From positions 2,114 to 66,113 of the forward strand of contig CAZMXG010000008.1 of assembly GCA_964570175.1 (NCBI GenBank): a stretch of 64,000 nt of DNA, in the 5' to 3' direction. Made by a program: the position numbers and the translations under genes. How positions within the stretch are numbered: position 1 is the stretch's first letter; each line of letters starts with the position of its first letter. The notes below the pieces were generated by a model. The model made no database searches. It saw nothing but the letters and a program-made list of their open reading frames with translations, and was not told the origin of the DNA. Origin of the DNA: an uncultured Heliomicrobium sp. (GTDB taxonomy: Bacteria > Acidobacteriota > Blastocatellia > RBC074). Of the stretch, positions 28,522 through 39,376 are shown piece by piece.

Positions 28522-29517
28522 ATGAATCAGCCATTGGTTTACATCATCATTTTGAACTTCAACGGCAGCCGCTGGTTGCAGCCTTGTCTGCAATCGCTGC
28601 GCATGACGGAGTACACGAACTTCAAAACCGTGCTGGTGGATAACGCTTCCAGCGACGACAGCGTCGAACTGGTGCGCGGCCAATTTCCTGAAGTCGAAAT
28701 CATCGTCAATTCGGAAAACCTGGGGTTTTCCGAAGGCAACAACGTCGCGATCCGAAAGGCTCTGGCTGAAGACGCTGATTACGTTGTTTTGCTAAACCCG
28801 GACACGAAAGTCACGCCACGATGGCTTAGTGAATTGATTGCGATTGGCGAGAAGGAAAAGGACGTTGGCATCCTCGGTGCAGTGCAACTGACTTATGACA
28901 GCGAAGAGTTCAACACTTGGACGAAGACTGCTTTAAGCCATCATCTCGATGAGCTTTCTTTATCTTCCACGAAGTCACACGAAGAAAACACGAAGGCTGA
29001 AACCGGCGATTCGTCTTTGCTTCGTGATGCTTCGTGTGACTTCGTGGGAAACCGAGATTGGGTTCCAGTCGAATGGGTCGAAGGCGCTTGTTTTGCCATC
29101 AAGCGCAAAGTCATAGAACAAGTTGGATTGCTTGATCCGATCTACTTCGCGTTTTACGAAGAAATTGATTTCTGCCGCCGAGCCGCTTTCCGTGGCTACA
29201 AAACCGCGCTTGTTCCGCGCAGCCGCATTCATCATTTTCGTGGCGGCAGTTGGGAAGCCAACGCCACCATCAAACGCCAACGAGATTACCGCTGTGATCG
29301 CAGCCAATTCATCTACAGCCTGACAGACCCGCGTCGTTCGATGGTGGCAAACTTAGGCTGGTATTTGAGGACGCTGGCGACAAAAACAAGCGAAGCCGTT
29401 CGTGCTTTTAGCTTGATAAAAGCCTGGGACTTGATACGAATCCAGGTTGAGTTACTCGGCACGCTGCCAAAGCTTACTAGCAAATGGCAGCGTGACCGAA
29501 GTAATTCATCTCAATAA
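28522..29517 (+). CDS. Glycosyltransferase family 2 (rhamnosyltransferase-like) carrying the same in-frame palindromic insertion
   Basis: Contains VYIIILNFNGSRWL...VLVDNASSDDS...NLGFSEGNN...LNPD...FAFYEEIDFCRR. Confidence 0.85.
   Translation: MNQPLVYIIILNFNGSRWLQPCLQSLRMTEYTNFKTVLVDNASSDDSVELVRGQFPEVEIIVNSENLGFSEGNNVAIRKALAEDADYVVLLNPDTKVTPRWLSELIAIGEKEKDVGILGAVQLTYDSEEFNTWTKTALSHHLDELSLSSTKSHEENTKAETGDSSLLRDASCDFVGNRDWVPVEWVEGACFAIKRKVIEQVGLLDPIYFAFYEEIDFCRRAAFRGYKTALVPRSRIHHFRGGSWEANATIKRQRDYRCDRSQFIYSLTDPRRSMVANLGWYLRTLATKTSEAVRAFSLIKAWDLIRIQVELLGTLPKLTSKWQRDRSNSSQ
28967..29047. repeat. 81-bp palindromic CACGAAG/CTTCGTG element, in-frame inside a GT2 gene (copy 2)
   Basis: ccacgaagtcacacgaagaaaacacgaagg-[22 nt]-gcttcgtgatgcttcgtgtgacttcgtgg. 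The outer 18 nt on each side are perfectly complementary. The length (81) and codon phase (element starts at codon position 2) match copy 1. Confidence 0.75.
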
Positions 29518-29521
29518 CACA

Positions 29522-30112
29522 TCAAGCATTGCGATTATGCTGGTTGTTTCTGACCAGCCTTTTGACTGGGATTTCAATGATTGTATGCCCGCCTGCTTCC
29601 CGAAATTCCGACTCAAAATGTTGTTTTATCAACCCCAGGTCGAGTGATTTTGGGAAGCTTGCAATGGTTGGAAACCGCAACAAATCCAGTACCAATTTTG
29701 TGGCTGGATGATTACGCTCTCGTTGCATATATCGTAACGATTCGTTGAATTCGAGCAGGATTCTTTCGATTTTACCCCTCCTTTGTTCGTCTTCGTTCCA
29801 AATGTTGGATAGTTCTTGTGCTACCGCTGCCCGATTCGATGAAATCTGAAACAGGCTGATTGTCGGAGGCTGGAACCCGTCTTTGAGCAATGTCTGACTT
29901 AGTGCTTCCACTCGGTTCAATGATGTCTGGGAAATGCCGATTAACCCCAACGCTTCGTCTAACAACCTGGTTTGGTACTCCAGTTCATCTGCAAAGTAGT
30001 GGAATTCATTCGGCATCAGCCAATGCGCGAACTGTCGCTGATACAAATTGCCTTGGGCGATCTCACAAGCATGGCGTGCTTCTTGGAGTCTCAGTTCAAG
30101 AATACTTTGCAT
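29522..30112 (-). CDS. Hypothetical protein (196 aa), predicted helical, orphan
   Basis: ATG with a strong AGGAGA RBS. The stretch is A+T-richer than the flanking GT genes by eye. I recognise no family. Confidence 0.5.
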   Translation of the reverse strand: MQSILELRLQEARHACEIAQGNLYQRQFAHWLMPNEFHYFADELEYQTRLLDEALGLIGISQTSLNRVEALSQTLLKDGFQPPTISLFQISSNRAAVAQELSNIWNEDEQRRGKIERILLEFNESLRYMQRERNHPATKLVLDLLRFPTIASFPKSLDLGLIKQHFESEFREAGGHTIIEIPVKRLVRNNQHNRNA

Positions 30113-30755
30113 AGGTTCTCCTTTTTAAGTTACTGGCGTTTTAGATAACCACTTATTCGATGCTGCAATCTTCAGCAAACGAGAGGCCAAACATCATTCA
30201 AACTAGCTTGGCTCTGCGAACTCCAAGTAAAATATCGAGTTATCTTTTTTGTTATAGTTTCAAGAACGCAGTTCAGTAACACCACAGTCCTGTCACTTAA
30301 GAAAAACGGGGAACAAGGTCTTTAGATTGGGGAAATAAATCTTGACTGAATTCAATAATCAGTAATAGGACTTACGCAGAAGCCATCTTGAGGGATGGGT
30401 TCTTGAGTTGTTGAATGAGGTAATCACTCAACAGTCCATGTTTGAGTTGATAAACCGTGCGACCCGTTTCGGTCGCCAGTTCTTTGAGTCGGACCCAGAC
30501 CAGAAACGCGCAAGCTATAAGTAAATTCGATGCAGTGCCATGCTTGAGGTATGGCGTAGTGATTTCCCAAGTTTCTGTTTCCGTCGCTGATTATCGGCAG
30601 CCACAAAATGCTTTGCTGGAAAATGTTCGTACTCGAAGTATTCGCAATCGCATTTGCTAGCACGACTTGGCCGATTTCGCGTCAGATGATACCTTTCCCA
30701 AGCGGTGAAAACGCCGCGATCTTCCCATTTCAAAATACCGGAGAACTTGTTCGTT

Positions 30756-31970
<1,215 letters not shown>

Positions 31971-31974
31971 ATCT

Positions 31975-32045
31975 GACAGGATGAGCAGGATTTCTCAGGA
32001 TTAAGTAACAGAAAGAAATCCTGATTGAATCCTGCAAATCCTGTC
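31975..32045. repeat. Solo CAGGATT/AATCCTG hairpin element
   Basis: Left arm gacaggatgagcaggatttctcaggatt (31975-32002). Right arm aatcctgattgaatcctgcaaatcctgtc (32017-32045). About 23 of 28 positions pair. The left arm is 24/28 identical to the left arm at 42780-42807. Confidence 0.7.
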
Positions 32046-32064
32046 CATTGAAAGAAGGTCTGGA

Positions 32065-32628
32065 ATGTATTGTCCTCGTTGCGGAACGGCAAACACAGAA
32101 ACAATCAAATTCTGCCGGCAGTGCGGATTGCCCATTGCGCAAGTCAGCGGCTTTGTCGCCAGTGGAGGCACTGGCGCGCTGATCAGCCCGCCTCCAATGC
32201 ACCATCAACCATCTTTGCCGGTTCAATTGGCGGAAACGTCTGAGATGCTGGCGCTGAAGCAGAAGAGAATTATGACGATTATGGCAATGATCTTTTTGCC
32301 AATCGTATTGGCCATCATCGGCGAAGAAATGTTCAACGCGGGGGAAGTTTTTGCCGCGACGTTTTTGCTGATTCCGCTGGGAATTACCTGGGCGATCTAT
32401 CATTACAAAACGCAGTTGCGCCGGTTGCAGGAAAAACAGGTTCAACAGCATTTTGCCGCTCAACAGCCGATGTACCAGCCGACTGGTCAGGCTTACTCAT
32501 CGCCAATTCCGCAACCGGTATTTCAGGGACAGCTTGCGCCGCCGCCAACAAATCCGCTGAATGTCGCGAACCCCATTCCAAGCAGTGTGATTGAAGACGA
32601 AACGCGCAGATTTCCTGGCAGCAAGTAG
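32065..32628 (+). CDS. Zinc-ribbon membrane protein, paralogue A
   Basis: Begins MYCPRCGTANTETIKFCRQCGLPIAQVSGFVASGG, has two TM segments and a Q/P-rich tail, and ends SSVIEDETRRFPGSK. Confidence 0.6.
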   Translation: MYCPRCGTANTETIKFCRQCGLPIAQVSGFVASGGTGALISPPPMHHQPSLPVQLAETSEMLALKQKRIMTIMAMIFLPIVLAIIGEEMFNAGEVFAATFLLIPLGITWAIYHYKTQLRRLQEKQVQQHFAAQQPMYQPTGQAYSSPIPQPVFQGQLAPPPTNPLNVANPIPSSVIEDETRRFPGSK

Positions 32629-32643
32629 AGAGGTACTTCAAAA

Positions 32644-33192
32644 ATGTTTTGCCCACGCTGTGGATCGCCAAATCCGGATACAACCAAGTTTTGCCGTCAA
32701 TGCGGTCTTGGCCTGCAACCCGTGACCGGGTACGTTGCCAGCGGCGGAACGGCGCAATTGTCGAAGCCGCAACCGCCCTCTGCTCCCGCCGATTTGGTTT
32801 CCCGGGCGACAGAAGGAATGACGCCAAAACAGCAAATGATTTTGCTGATTATGCTGATGGTATTTTCGCCTGCGATTTTTGGCACGCTTGGCTTGGGATC
32901 GTTGTCTGGCATCAGCGCGGTATTGCTGCCGATTGGCATCGTTTTCGTGGTTATGCGGTTCAAGGCTCAAAAGCGCAGATTGCAGCAGGAAGCGATCATG
33001 CAGCAGCAAATGTATCCGCCTATGCCACAACAGCAAATGCCGCCGGTTGCGCCACACAACTTGCCGCAACCCGGACAACAGCCAATACCGCAAAACTATC
33101 AACAACCTGTTTACCGGCCTTCACCGCCGCCGACCAATCCTTTGAAGCCACCCGCCAGCGTGACCGAAGATGAAACCAGACGGCTTCAGTGA
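32644..33192 (+). CDS. Zinc-ribbon membrane protein, paralogue B
   Basis: Begins MFCPRCGSPNPDTTKFCRQCGLGLQPVTGYVASGG, has TM segments and a Q/P-rich tail, and ends ASVTEDETRRLQ. It overlaps the convergent downstream gene by 7 nt. Confidence 0.6.
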   Translation: MFCPRCGSPNPDTTKFCRQCGLGLQPVTGYVASGGTAQLSKPQPPSAPADLVSRATEGMTPKQQMILLIMLMVFSPAIFGTLGLGSLSGISAVLLPIGIVFVVMRFKAQKRRLQQEAIMQQQMYPPMPQQQMPPVAPHNLPQPGQQPIPQNYQQPVYRPSPPPTNPLKPPASVTEDETRRLQ

Positions 33193-34844
33193 CGGCGCCG
33201 AACCAGACAAAACAGAATCAGCAAACCCATGCAGATTGCGCTGATCAACCTTCCGGTTCGTTCCATTCGGGTAGCATTTAAGCGCAACACGATTTTGTGC
33301 TTACCGGCAGGGATCTTTATTCTGACCAAACCTGCAAATGGCGAAGGTTGAGCATCCTGAAAATCCGATGCTGCATTCAGCCGCCATTGCCAACCCGGAA
33401 AAAAGAGTTGATGAACGTCTACTGTGGTCGTGTTGTCGGCCTTAATGAGTAACGCGATCTTTCCGGGCTGCCACGATTCAACCACTGTTTCAGCATCGCC
33501 TTCGACCACCTCAACCTGACTGGCTTGCATAGCCGTCACGTTGAGGCTTGCTCGCTCAGCCCATCGCGGCCGATATTCCGGCACGTCCATGTTGTTTGCG
33601 ACCAGGTCGTTTTTTGTCACAGCCAATTGATTATGAATCTTGTATTGCCGCCATCCGTAACCTGCCGTAACGATGAAAAAGACCACGGCTGCCGCTGCCA
33701 GGGTTCGGGCGAACAGTCGTCTTCGTCCGCCTGCTTCTTTGATCGAATACAATGCCAGCGCAAACAGCATTGTGTTGGCCACAGCCAGAACGGTATGAAA
33801 GCGAAACGGGAATTGAATGTTTTGCAAAATCGGCAGCAGCTTCCAAAGCGGCTGGCCGAGCGGCGTCATAATCAAAAATGTCAGCAAAGCAACCGCTGAC
33901 CAAAAATGATTTTCGCGCTTCAACCGATGTTCGGATGATTGTGCTGCGATGGCAAAACAGCAACCAGCCAGCATGAACGAACCCACAGCAATCAGACTGA
34001 GTTGAGTTCCAAGCTCTCTGAGCGAAAAGCTGGAAAAGAGAAACCAGTTTTCGAAATTCGTGTAGCCGCTTTGCATCTCACGAATCGAGACAAATTCGCG
34101 CAATGTAATCGCCGGAAGCAGATAAACGGCCGCCAAACCTGCGCCCAAAACCATCGAAACCGTAGCCGCAAAAGTCGTTCGCATCCTGTTTGCCTCAGCC
34201 GTGAAGCAAACGTAGGCAACTGGCATAGGTGTGAAGATCAGTGCCGTCGGCAAATGACTAAAAATCAACAACGCATAACTGACGGCCAGCCCAGCCATCA
34301 CCACCGGTGAACGCTCTTTCAGTCGTGAAGAGAAGTAAAGAATCAGCGGCATCCAGACAAAAGCGAACAATTCTGTAAACGCGCCGCGAATGTAAAGGTC
34401 AATAATCAGGTGATAAGGCAGCGCCGTGTAAAAGACTGCCGCCGCGCAGGCTACTGCACGATCCACGAATCGGCAGAGCCACAGGTAGGCGAACCATCCG
34501 GCGGCGATCACAGCGATCAAGGCAGTGAATCCAAGCCCCCACCACCTGTCGGCATCCTGAGAAAAAAAGGGTTTGAACAAACTGGCCAGATAGTAGGGAA
34601 GTGGCGGGTAAAAAAAGAACGCCGGGCTGCCCAGGTCTTTGTTCAATCCGGCCAGCCATCGCGGGTAAAGATCGCCCGCCCAAAACTGATTTGAGAAGTT
34701 CACTGACCAGAGCGCGTGAATCCATCCATCGTGCGAATAAGCAGGGAATCCGTGCACGAGTGTAGGCAGGCAGAGAAGGATTCCGGCCAGCGCAATAATC
34801 GCCGGATAGAAGCGCGGATTGAGTTTCAGAAAGCGGAGGTGCAT
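33186..34844 (-). CDS. Polytopic membrane protein, PTPS-related / GT-C-like (putative glycosyltransferase or polymerase)
   Basis: 552 aa with more than 10 TM segments. The N-terminal motif is YSHDGWIHALWSVNFSNQFWAGDLYPRWL...FFFYPPLPYY, as I remember it for the '6-pyruvoyl-tetrahydropterin synthase-related' membrane family. Confidence 0.55.
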   Translation of the reverse strand: MHLRFLKLNPRFYPAIIALAGILLCLPTLVHGFPAYSHDGWIHALWSVNFSNQFWAGDLYPRWLAGLNKDLGSPAFFFYPPLPYYLASLFKPFFSQDADRWWGLGFTALIAVIAAGWFAYLWLCRFVDRAVACAAAVFYTALPYHLIIDLYIRGAFTELFAFVWMPLILYFSSRLKERSPVVMAGLAVSYALLIFSHLPTALIFTPMPVAYVCFTAEANRMRTTFAATVSMVLGAGLAAVYLLPAITLREFVSIREMQSGYTNFENWFLFSSFSLRELGTQLSLIAVGSFMLAGCCFAIAAQSSEHRLKRENHFWSAVALLTFLIMTPLGQPLWKLLPILQNIQFPFRFHTVLAVANTMLFALALYSIKEAGGRRRLFARTLAAAAVVFFIVTAGYGWRQYKIHNQLAVTKNDLVANNMDVPEYRPRWAERASLNVTAMQASQVEVVEGDAETVVESWQPGKIALLIKADNTTTVDVHQLFFPGWQWRLNAASDFQDAQPSPFAGLVRIKIPAGKHKIVLRLNATRMERTGRLISAICMGLLILFCLVRRRH

Positions 34845-34871
34845 CGTCGTGCTTACCTAAGCAACCGCCGG

Positions 34872-35957
34872 TCAGACTCTCACTCCCAATCCTAAAACTT
34901 CACGACAGTATTTGATGCTGCGTTCAAGCTCGGCTTTCTGGAATTCCTGCTCGGCGAGTTTGCGATCCTGGCCCGCTGGGGGCTTGAACGCTTCGATAGC
35001 TTTGCCGCGTTTGGCCATGCCGGTGAAGTTCTGAAATTCCTTCGCGCGGATGTCATTGTAAAACTGCCAGAAATCTTCTCTCTGATATGCGAACGGACGG
35101 ATCGCTCCGGAGATAATTTCCAGTTGCACCGCAACTCCGGGGCAAAGCTCAGCAAAGCGGTCAAAATATTTTTGCCAATCCACCTGGCCTTCGCCGATGG
35201 CTTTCCAGCCAGCATTTGCGCCATCCGGCGTTTCCCAGACCATCGAATCCCGCACGCCGGTCGTCACCGCATATGGTCCAAGAATTTCCAGGTTCCGCAT
35301 TGGGTCTTCCAGTGTCCAGGTGGCGTTGCCGGAATCCAGCGTCGCGCCTACGAAATCGCGTCCGCAATCTTCGATCAAGTTTGCCAGTTGCCAGGCTTGC
35401 ATATCTCCGGCGTGGTTTTCGATGGCGATTTTGACGCCTGCATCAATGGCTTGGCTGCGAACCGCTTTGCAAACTTTGATCGTGTCTTTCCAGCGCGCAG
35501 GCAATCCGCCAGGCAATTTGCGGTCATCGGCAGTGCCTTGATAACAGCGCGCGACTTTCGAGCCGAGCGTTTTGGCCACGCGAATCGTCAGCAGCAAGTG
35601 CTCTTCAGCGGAACCGAAGCGCGGGCTGAAGGATTTTGCCGAAGGGCAGATGCTTCCGGTTCCGGCTTGCACTTCAATGCCCAAGTCGTCGGCTTTTTTC
35701 TTAATGTCTTTCAGGTACTTTTCGTCATGGCTTTCGTACACATCCAGGTCGGAAAACAGCACCGTATCCACTTTCAGCTTGGCGGCATAATCAAGCAGTT
35801 GGGGCGCTTTCCAGGCCATCGCGCGGATCGAAAAGTTGTCAAAGCCTAGTTTGATGTTGCGGCGTTTGGGTTGCGGCGAAGCAAGCATAGGCACCTCGAT
35901 AGTCGCTACGGCAGTCGTAACCGCCAGCGATTGGATGAATTGACGGCGTGAATTCAT
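34872..35957 (-). CDS. Tat-signal sugar phosphate isomerase/epimerase (xylose isomerase-like TIM barrel)
   Basis: [18 protein letters not shown] is a Tat signal, then ...[10 protein letters not shown]...LDSGN. I prefer the ATG at 35957 over the GTG at 35969. Confidence 0.75.
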   Translation of the reverse strand: MNSRRQFIQSLAVTTAVATIEVPMLASPQPKRRNIKLGFDNFSIRAMAWKAPQLLDYAAKLKVDTVLFSDLDVYESHDEKYLKDIKKKADDLGIEVQAGTGSICPSAKSFSPRFGSAEEHLLLTIRVAKTLGSKVARCYQGTADDRKLPGGLPARWKDTIKVCKAVRSQAIDAGVKIAIENHAGDMQAWQLANLIEDCGRDFVGATLDSGNATWTLEDPMRNLEILGPYAVTTGVRDSMVWETPDGANAGWKAIGEGQVDWQKYFDRFAELCPGVAVQLEIISGAIRPFAYQREDFWQFYNDIRAKEFQNFTGMAKRGKAIEAFKPPAGQDRKLAEQEFQKAELERSIKYCREVLGLGVRV

Positions 35958-36158
35958 GGAATCCCTCACTTGGTGTTTGTTTTTCAGAAACGTGTTTATG
36001 ACACGAGCAATCAGAAAAAGGCAATTCTACTGGGTACGCAATGCCTCCGGCTTGCGGTCTTGGCGACAAAAGTATTCTTGCGACAGGAAGCGACTTTTTG
36101 CCATAACTGCACGCTGGAAGCGATGCGTACCCAGGGACTTTGTGGTAAACAGTCGGCT

Positions 36159-36989
36159 ATGCCTGAACTTCCTGAAGTCGAAATGGTTGCGCGCCATTTG
36201 CGCGCGCTGATTGCCGGGCGAACTTTCGTCAAAGCGCAGCTTTTACGGGATAAACTTGCGCCGGAAAATTCGCCGCGCCAGTTTGCCGCGTGGTTGAAAG
36301 GCGCTCGCGTAGAAGAGGTTACCCGCCGAGGCAAACACATCCTAGCGCATCTGTCGAACAAGAAAACCTGGATTACACATTTGAGAATGACCGGGCGTTT
36401 TATTCACGTAAATGCCGACGAAGCGCCGCCACCGCATACGCACGCCGCTTTCTGGCTGGACAATGGACGTAAGCTGCTGTTCGCCGATCAGCGCCATTTT
36501 GGAATGATGATGGTCGTCAAAAGCTCCGAACTGGATTTGGTTTCTCATCTGAGCAAGCTGGCTCCGGAGCCGTTTGATCCGGCATTCACTGCCGATTACC
36601 TGCATGAAACGCTGAAACGCAGCAAACAAGCCATCAAGCTGTTCCTGCTGGATCAAACGCGCGTTGTCGGGCTCGGAAACATTTACGCTGCTGAAGCGCT
36701 ACACCGAGCAAAGATCAATCCACAGCTTCCGGCGAACAAACTTTCGCGGCTTCGCTCTGAATCCCTGCACAGCGAGATCGTCGCCGTGTTGACTGAAGCC
36801 ATCGAGGCAGGCAGCACGCTGGAAACCGATCCGCGCGAAGTGTATGGCCGTTATGGCGACGGCGCTTACGAAGACAGTTGGCAGGTTTACGAACGCGAAG
36901 GGTTGCCGTGTTTGACTTGCGGTGAGGAGATTCAGCGGTTGGCACAAGGCGGACGCTCGACTTACTTCTGCCCGCGATGTCAGAGATGA
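36159..36989 (+). CDS. mutM: Formamidopyrimidine-DNA glycosylase
   Basis: Must begin MPELPEVE (catalytic Pro2), at ATG 36159. Also seen: H2[21 protein letters not shown] and the C-terminal zinc finger [25 protein letters not shown]. The track start (35970) is a spurious extension. Confidence 0.9.
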   Translation: MPELPEVEMVARHLRALIAGRTFVKAQLLRDKLAPENSPRQFAAWLKGARVEEVTRRGKHILAHLSNKKTWITHLRMTGRFIHVNADEAPPPHTHAAFWLDNGRKLLFADQRHFGMMMVVKSSELDLVSHLSKLAPEPFDPAFTADYLHETLKRSKQAIKLFLLDQTRVVGLGNIYAAEALHRAKINPQLPANKLSRLRSESLHSEIVAVLTEAIEAGSTLETDPREVYGRYGDGAYEDSWQVYEREGLPCLTCGEEIQRLAQGGRSTYFCPRCQR

Positions 36990-37031
36990 GGTAGAATCGC
37001 AGCGAATTTTCCCGGTGAAAGGAGAACGACC

Positions 37032-37643
37032 ATGACAGCTTTACCCGAAAGAAAACAGTCCCTAGAGGAATACCTTGATCTGCTGCACAAATCTGAGGAA
37101 CGTTTGGAGTATTTCGATGGTGAGGTTGTTTCGATGGCGGGTGGCAAGAAGTCGCATAATCGGGCAACTCGAAATATCAGCCGAAAATTAGGCGAGCTTC
37201 TTGACGGGAAACCTTGTGAAGTGTTCGACGGGAATCAGGCTGTGAAAACGATAAAAGCTCCGCCGTTTCGATTCCCGGATGCTTCGGTTGTATGTGGGGA
37301 GGCGATATTCGAAGAAATGCGCGGCCACGACATTCTGGTAAATCCGGTTTTGATTGTTGAGGTCTTGTCTCCTTCGACCAATGCCTTTGACCGCGATGTA
37401 AAATTTCTGGCATATCAGGAAATCCCCAGCTTCAAAGAGTATTTGCTGGTCGCATCTGAACGCGCGCACGTAATTCAGTACATTCGCCAAGCTGCTGGCG
37501 GTTGGTTGCGCCGCGATGTTATAGGGCTTGAAAGCCATGTGGTGCTTGAATCTGTCGGTGCATTACTGCAACTCAGTGACATTTATCGTATGGTTACATT
37601 TCCTGAGTCTGCATCTGATAGGCCCACTCTTGACCCAGCGTAA
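37032..37643 (+). CDS. Uma2 family (DUF820) PD-(D/E)XK-like endonuclease
   Basis: Contains [12 protein letters not shown]...PDASVVCG...[11 protein letters not shown]...D...K...[10 protein letters not shown], the family pattern. RBS AGGAGA. Confidence 0.8.
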   Translation: MTALPERKQSLEEYLDLLHKSEERLEYFDGEVVSMAGGKKSHNRATRNISRKLGELLDGKPCEVFDGNQAVKTIKAPPFRFPDASVVCGEAIFEEMRGHDILVNPVLIVEVLSPSTNAFDRDVKFLAYQEIPSFKEYLLVASERAHVIQYIRQAAGGWLRRDVIGLESHVVLESVGALLQLSDIYRMVTFPESASDRPTLDPA

Positions 37644-37755
37644 AATTAGACGAGAACAGTTGTTTGTCGTTTCTTGCTCAGCTTATGATGGTGTTCGTTC
37701 AAGTAAGAAAAACAATTCCAGAACAAAACTTTCGAGGCTATCGTCAATTGCAGGC

Positions 37756-39369
37756 ATGAAAAATCGCCCCTCTTCGCACTTATTATTGCTGCTGTTGCTG
37801 GTGGTGTTGGACGCGCTGGCGTATGTGGCCATTTACCGGGCTGGTGTCGCGCGCGGTTTTTCGCCGTCCGTCTTGCTGGCTTGCCGTGATCTGGCGCTGT
37901 TCATTCCTATCTTTTTCGTATTTGTCTGGTTTGCGCGACGGCACAAATACGCGGGCGATCTGACATTGTTCACCGTCGCCATCTTGCTTTTCAGCATAGG
38001 CCAATTTGTCCAATATAGGCTATTTACCGATCCTGAGTACGCTGCCGGAAATCGCGCCGAAGTTCGGCAAGCCCGGCTGGCCAAAGCCAGAGTTCAGCAA
38101 TATAAAAGCATCAATCAGTTTTACGACGCCGAAAAGAAAAAGGCGCTGTTTGGCGATCCAAACTTTCAGCTTCAGACCACAACGCCTGTCGAAACGAACG
38201 AACCGCAATACTGGACGATTGGACGCATTTTCACCTCCGTTTCCACATTGATTCCCTTGGCGGCATTTTTAGGCTTTGCGCTGGCATTTGCGTTTGTGCG
38301 GCGAGACGACATTTTGCTTTTGCTGCAACGCAACAGCTTTCTAATTGGATTGCTGACCACGTTGCCGTTCGCTTTCATCGCCATTTTTCTGTCGGAACGC
38401 GGCAAGTCGCTTGGCAACACCACGCCCTGGGAGCCGGTAAAGATCACCTTTCTGCTCAGTTACGCGGGGATTCTGGCCGACCATTATCGAAACCTGTCGC
38501 GCACACATTGGGGCATTCCTCCGTGGCGGTTTGTGCTGCCGTTTTTGCTGGTAGCGGCATTGCCGATTGTGCCGTTTTTTGCGCTGCAAGACTTCGGCCA
38601 AATGCTGGTGTTTCTGGGAGCTTACGTCACACTCTACGTGGTCGCAGTCCGGCGCTTGCCCCAAGTGACAATTGCGATTGGGTTAATGGCTGGGCTGCTG
38701 GCAGTTTCGATTTTTGCCGTTGGTATTTACAACACCGTGACCAATGCGTTTACGGATGGCGCGCAGATCGGCGCAGTCGAGCGGGTAAAAAACATTGTTG
38801 ACGAAGGTGTGCCGGATCGCATCAAACAGCGCTTTTACTTATGGCGTCACGGCGGCCTTGCCCCCGGCGACGATCAAGATTGGTGGGCCAAAGAAGCGCC
38901 GCGTGTGCCGGGCAACACGGATGAAGAAAAATGGTATAACAAATACGCGTTTCAGCCTTCGCAGGCGTTGTTTGGTGTCAGTGATGGGCGTGTGTTGGGA
39001 GCGGGGCTGGGTCGGGGTTATCCCGAAACCGTTCCGATTGCCGATTCGGATTTTATCTATGCCGTTATTGCCGAAGAGATGGGAATTGTCGGCGGGGCAA
39101 TTATCATCTTCGCGTTTATCATTGTTGTCGTCGCCGGAATGCGCACGGCAATCGAAGCGCGCGATATGTTCACCAAATTGATTGCGGCGGGCGTGACTGC
39201 ATTTTTAGGATTCCAGGCAATTGTCAATATCGGTGGTGTGTTGCGAATGTTGCCTATGACTGGCATCACGCTCCCGTTTGTCAGTCATGGAGGCTGGTCG
39301 CTAATTACCAGCTTTTTTATGTTAGGCATGTTAATGGCGATCTCGCATCGCAATAACCAAGTCAACTGA
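37756..39369 (+). CDS. FtsW/RodA/SpoVE (SEDS) family protein
   Basis: Polytopic. The C-terminal region [18 protein letters not shown]...[16 protein letters not shown] is canonical SEDS. The ATG at 37756 (MKNRPSS...) avoids overlap with Uma2. Confidence 0.85.
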   Translation: MKNRPSSHLLLLLLLVVLDALAYVAIYRAGVARGFSPSVLLACRDLALFIPIFFVFVWFARRHKYAGDLTLFTVAILLFSIGQFVQYRLFTDPEYAAGNRAEVRQARLAKARVQQYKSINQFYDAEKKKALFGDPNFQLQTTTPVETNEPQYWTIGRIFTSVSTLIPLAAFLGFALAFAFVRRDDILLLLQRNSFLIGLLTTLPFAFIAIFLSERGKSLGNTTPWEPVKITFLLSYAGILADHYRNLSRTHWGIPPWRFVLPFLLVAALPIVPFFALQDFGQMLVFLGAYVTLYVVAVRRLPQVTIAIGLMAGLLAVSIFAVGIYNTVTNAFTDGAQIGAVERVKNIVDEGVPDRIKQRFYLWRHGGLAPGDDQDWWAKEAPRVPGNTDEEKWYNKYAFQPSQALFGVSDGRVLGAGLGRGYPETVPIADSDFIYAVIAEEMGIVGGAIIIFAFIIVVVAGMRTAIEARDMFTKLIAAGVTAFLGFQAIVNIGGVLRMLPMTGITLPFVSHGGWSLITSFFMLGMLMAISHRNNQVN

Positions 39370-39376
39370 CATAAGA

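Noticed and set aside
32649-33173. A 174-aa alternative-frame ORF overlapping zinc-ribbon paralogue B on the same strand.
   Set aside because: The frame starting at 32644 has the CPRCG...CRQCG ribbon and is paralogous to the upstream gene. The +2 frame product is low-complexity with no motif.
35970-36158. N-terminal extensions in the ORF track. Examples are MutM from 35970, FtsW from 37528, GT2 from 26499 and 27409, kinase from 52604, 48115, sigma from 52053, SRAP from 6828, and YdbT-like from 56406.
   Set aside because: The extensions overlap upstream genes or repeat elements, and they destroy obligatory N-termini (PELPEVE for MutM, MCGRF for SRAP, signal peptides). Internal ATG/GTG codons with RBS-like sequences fit better.
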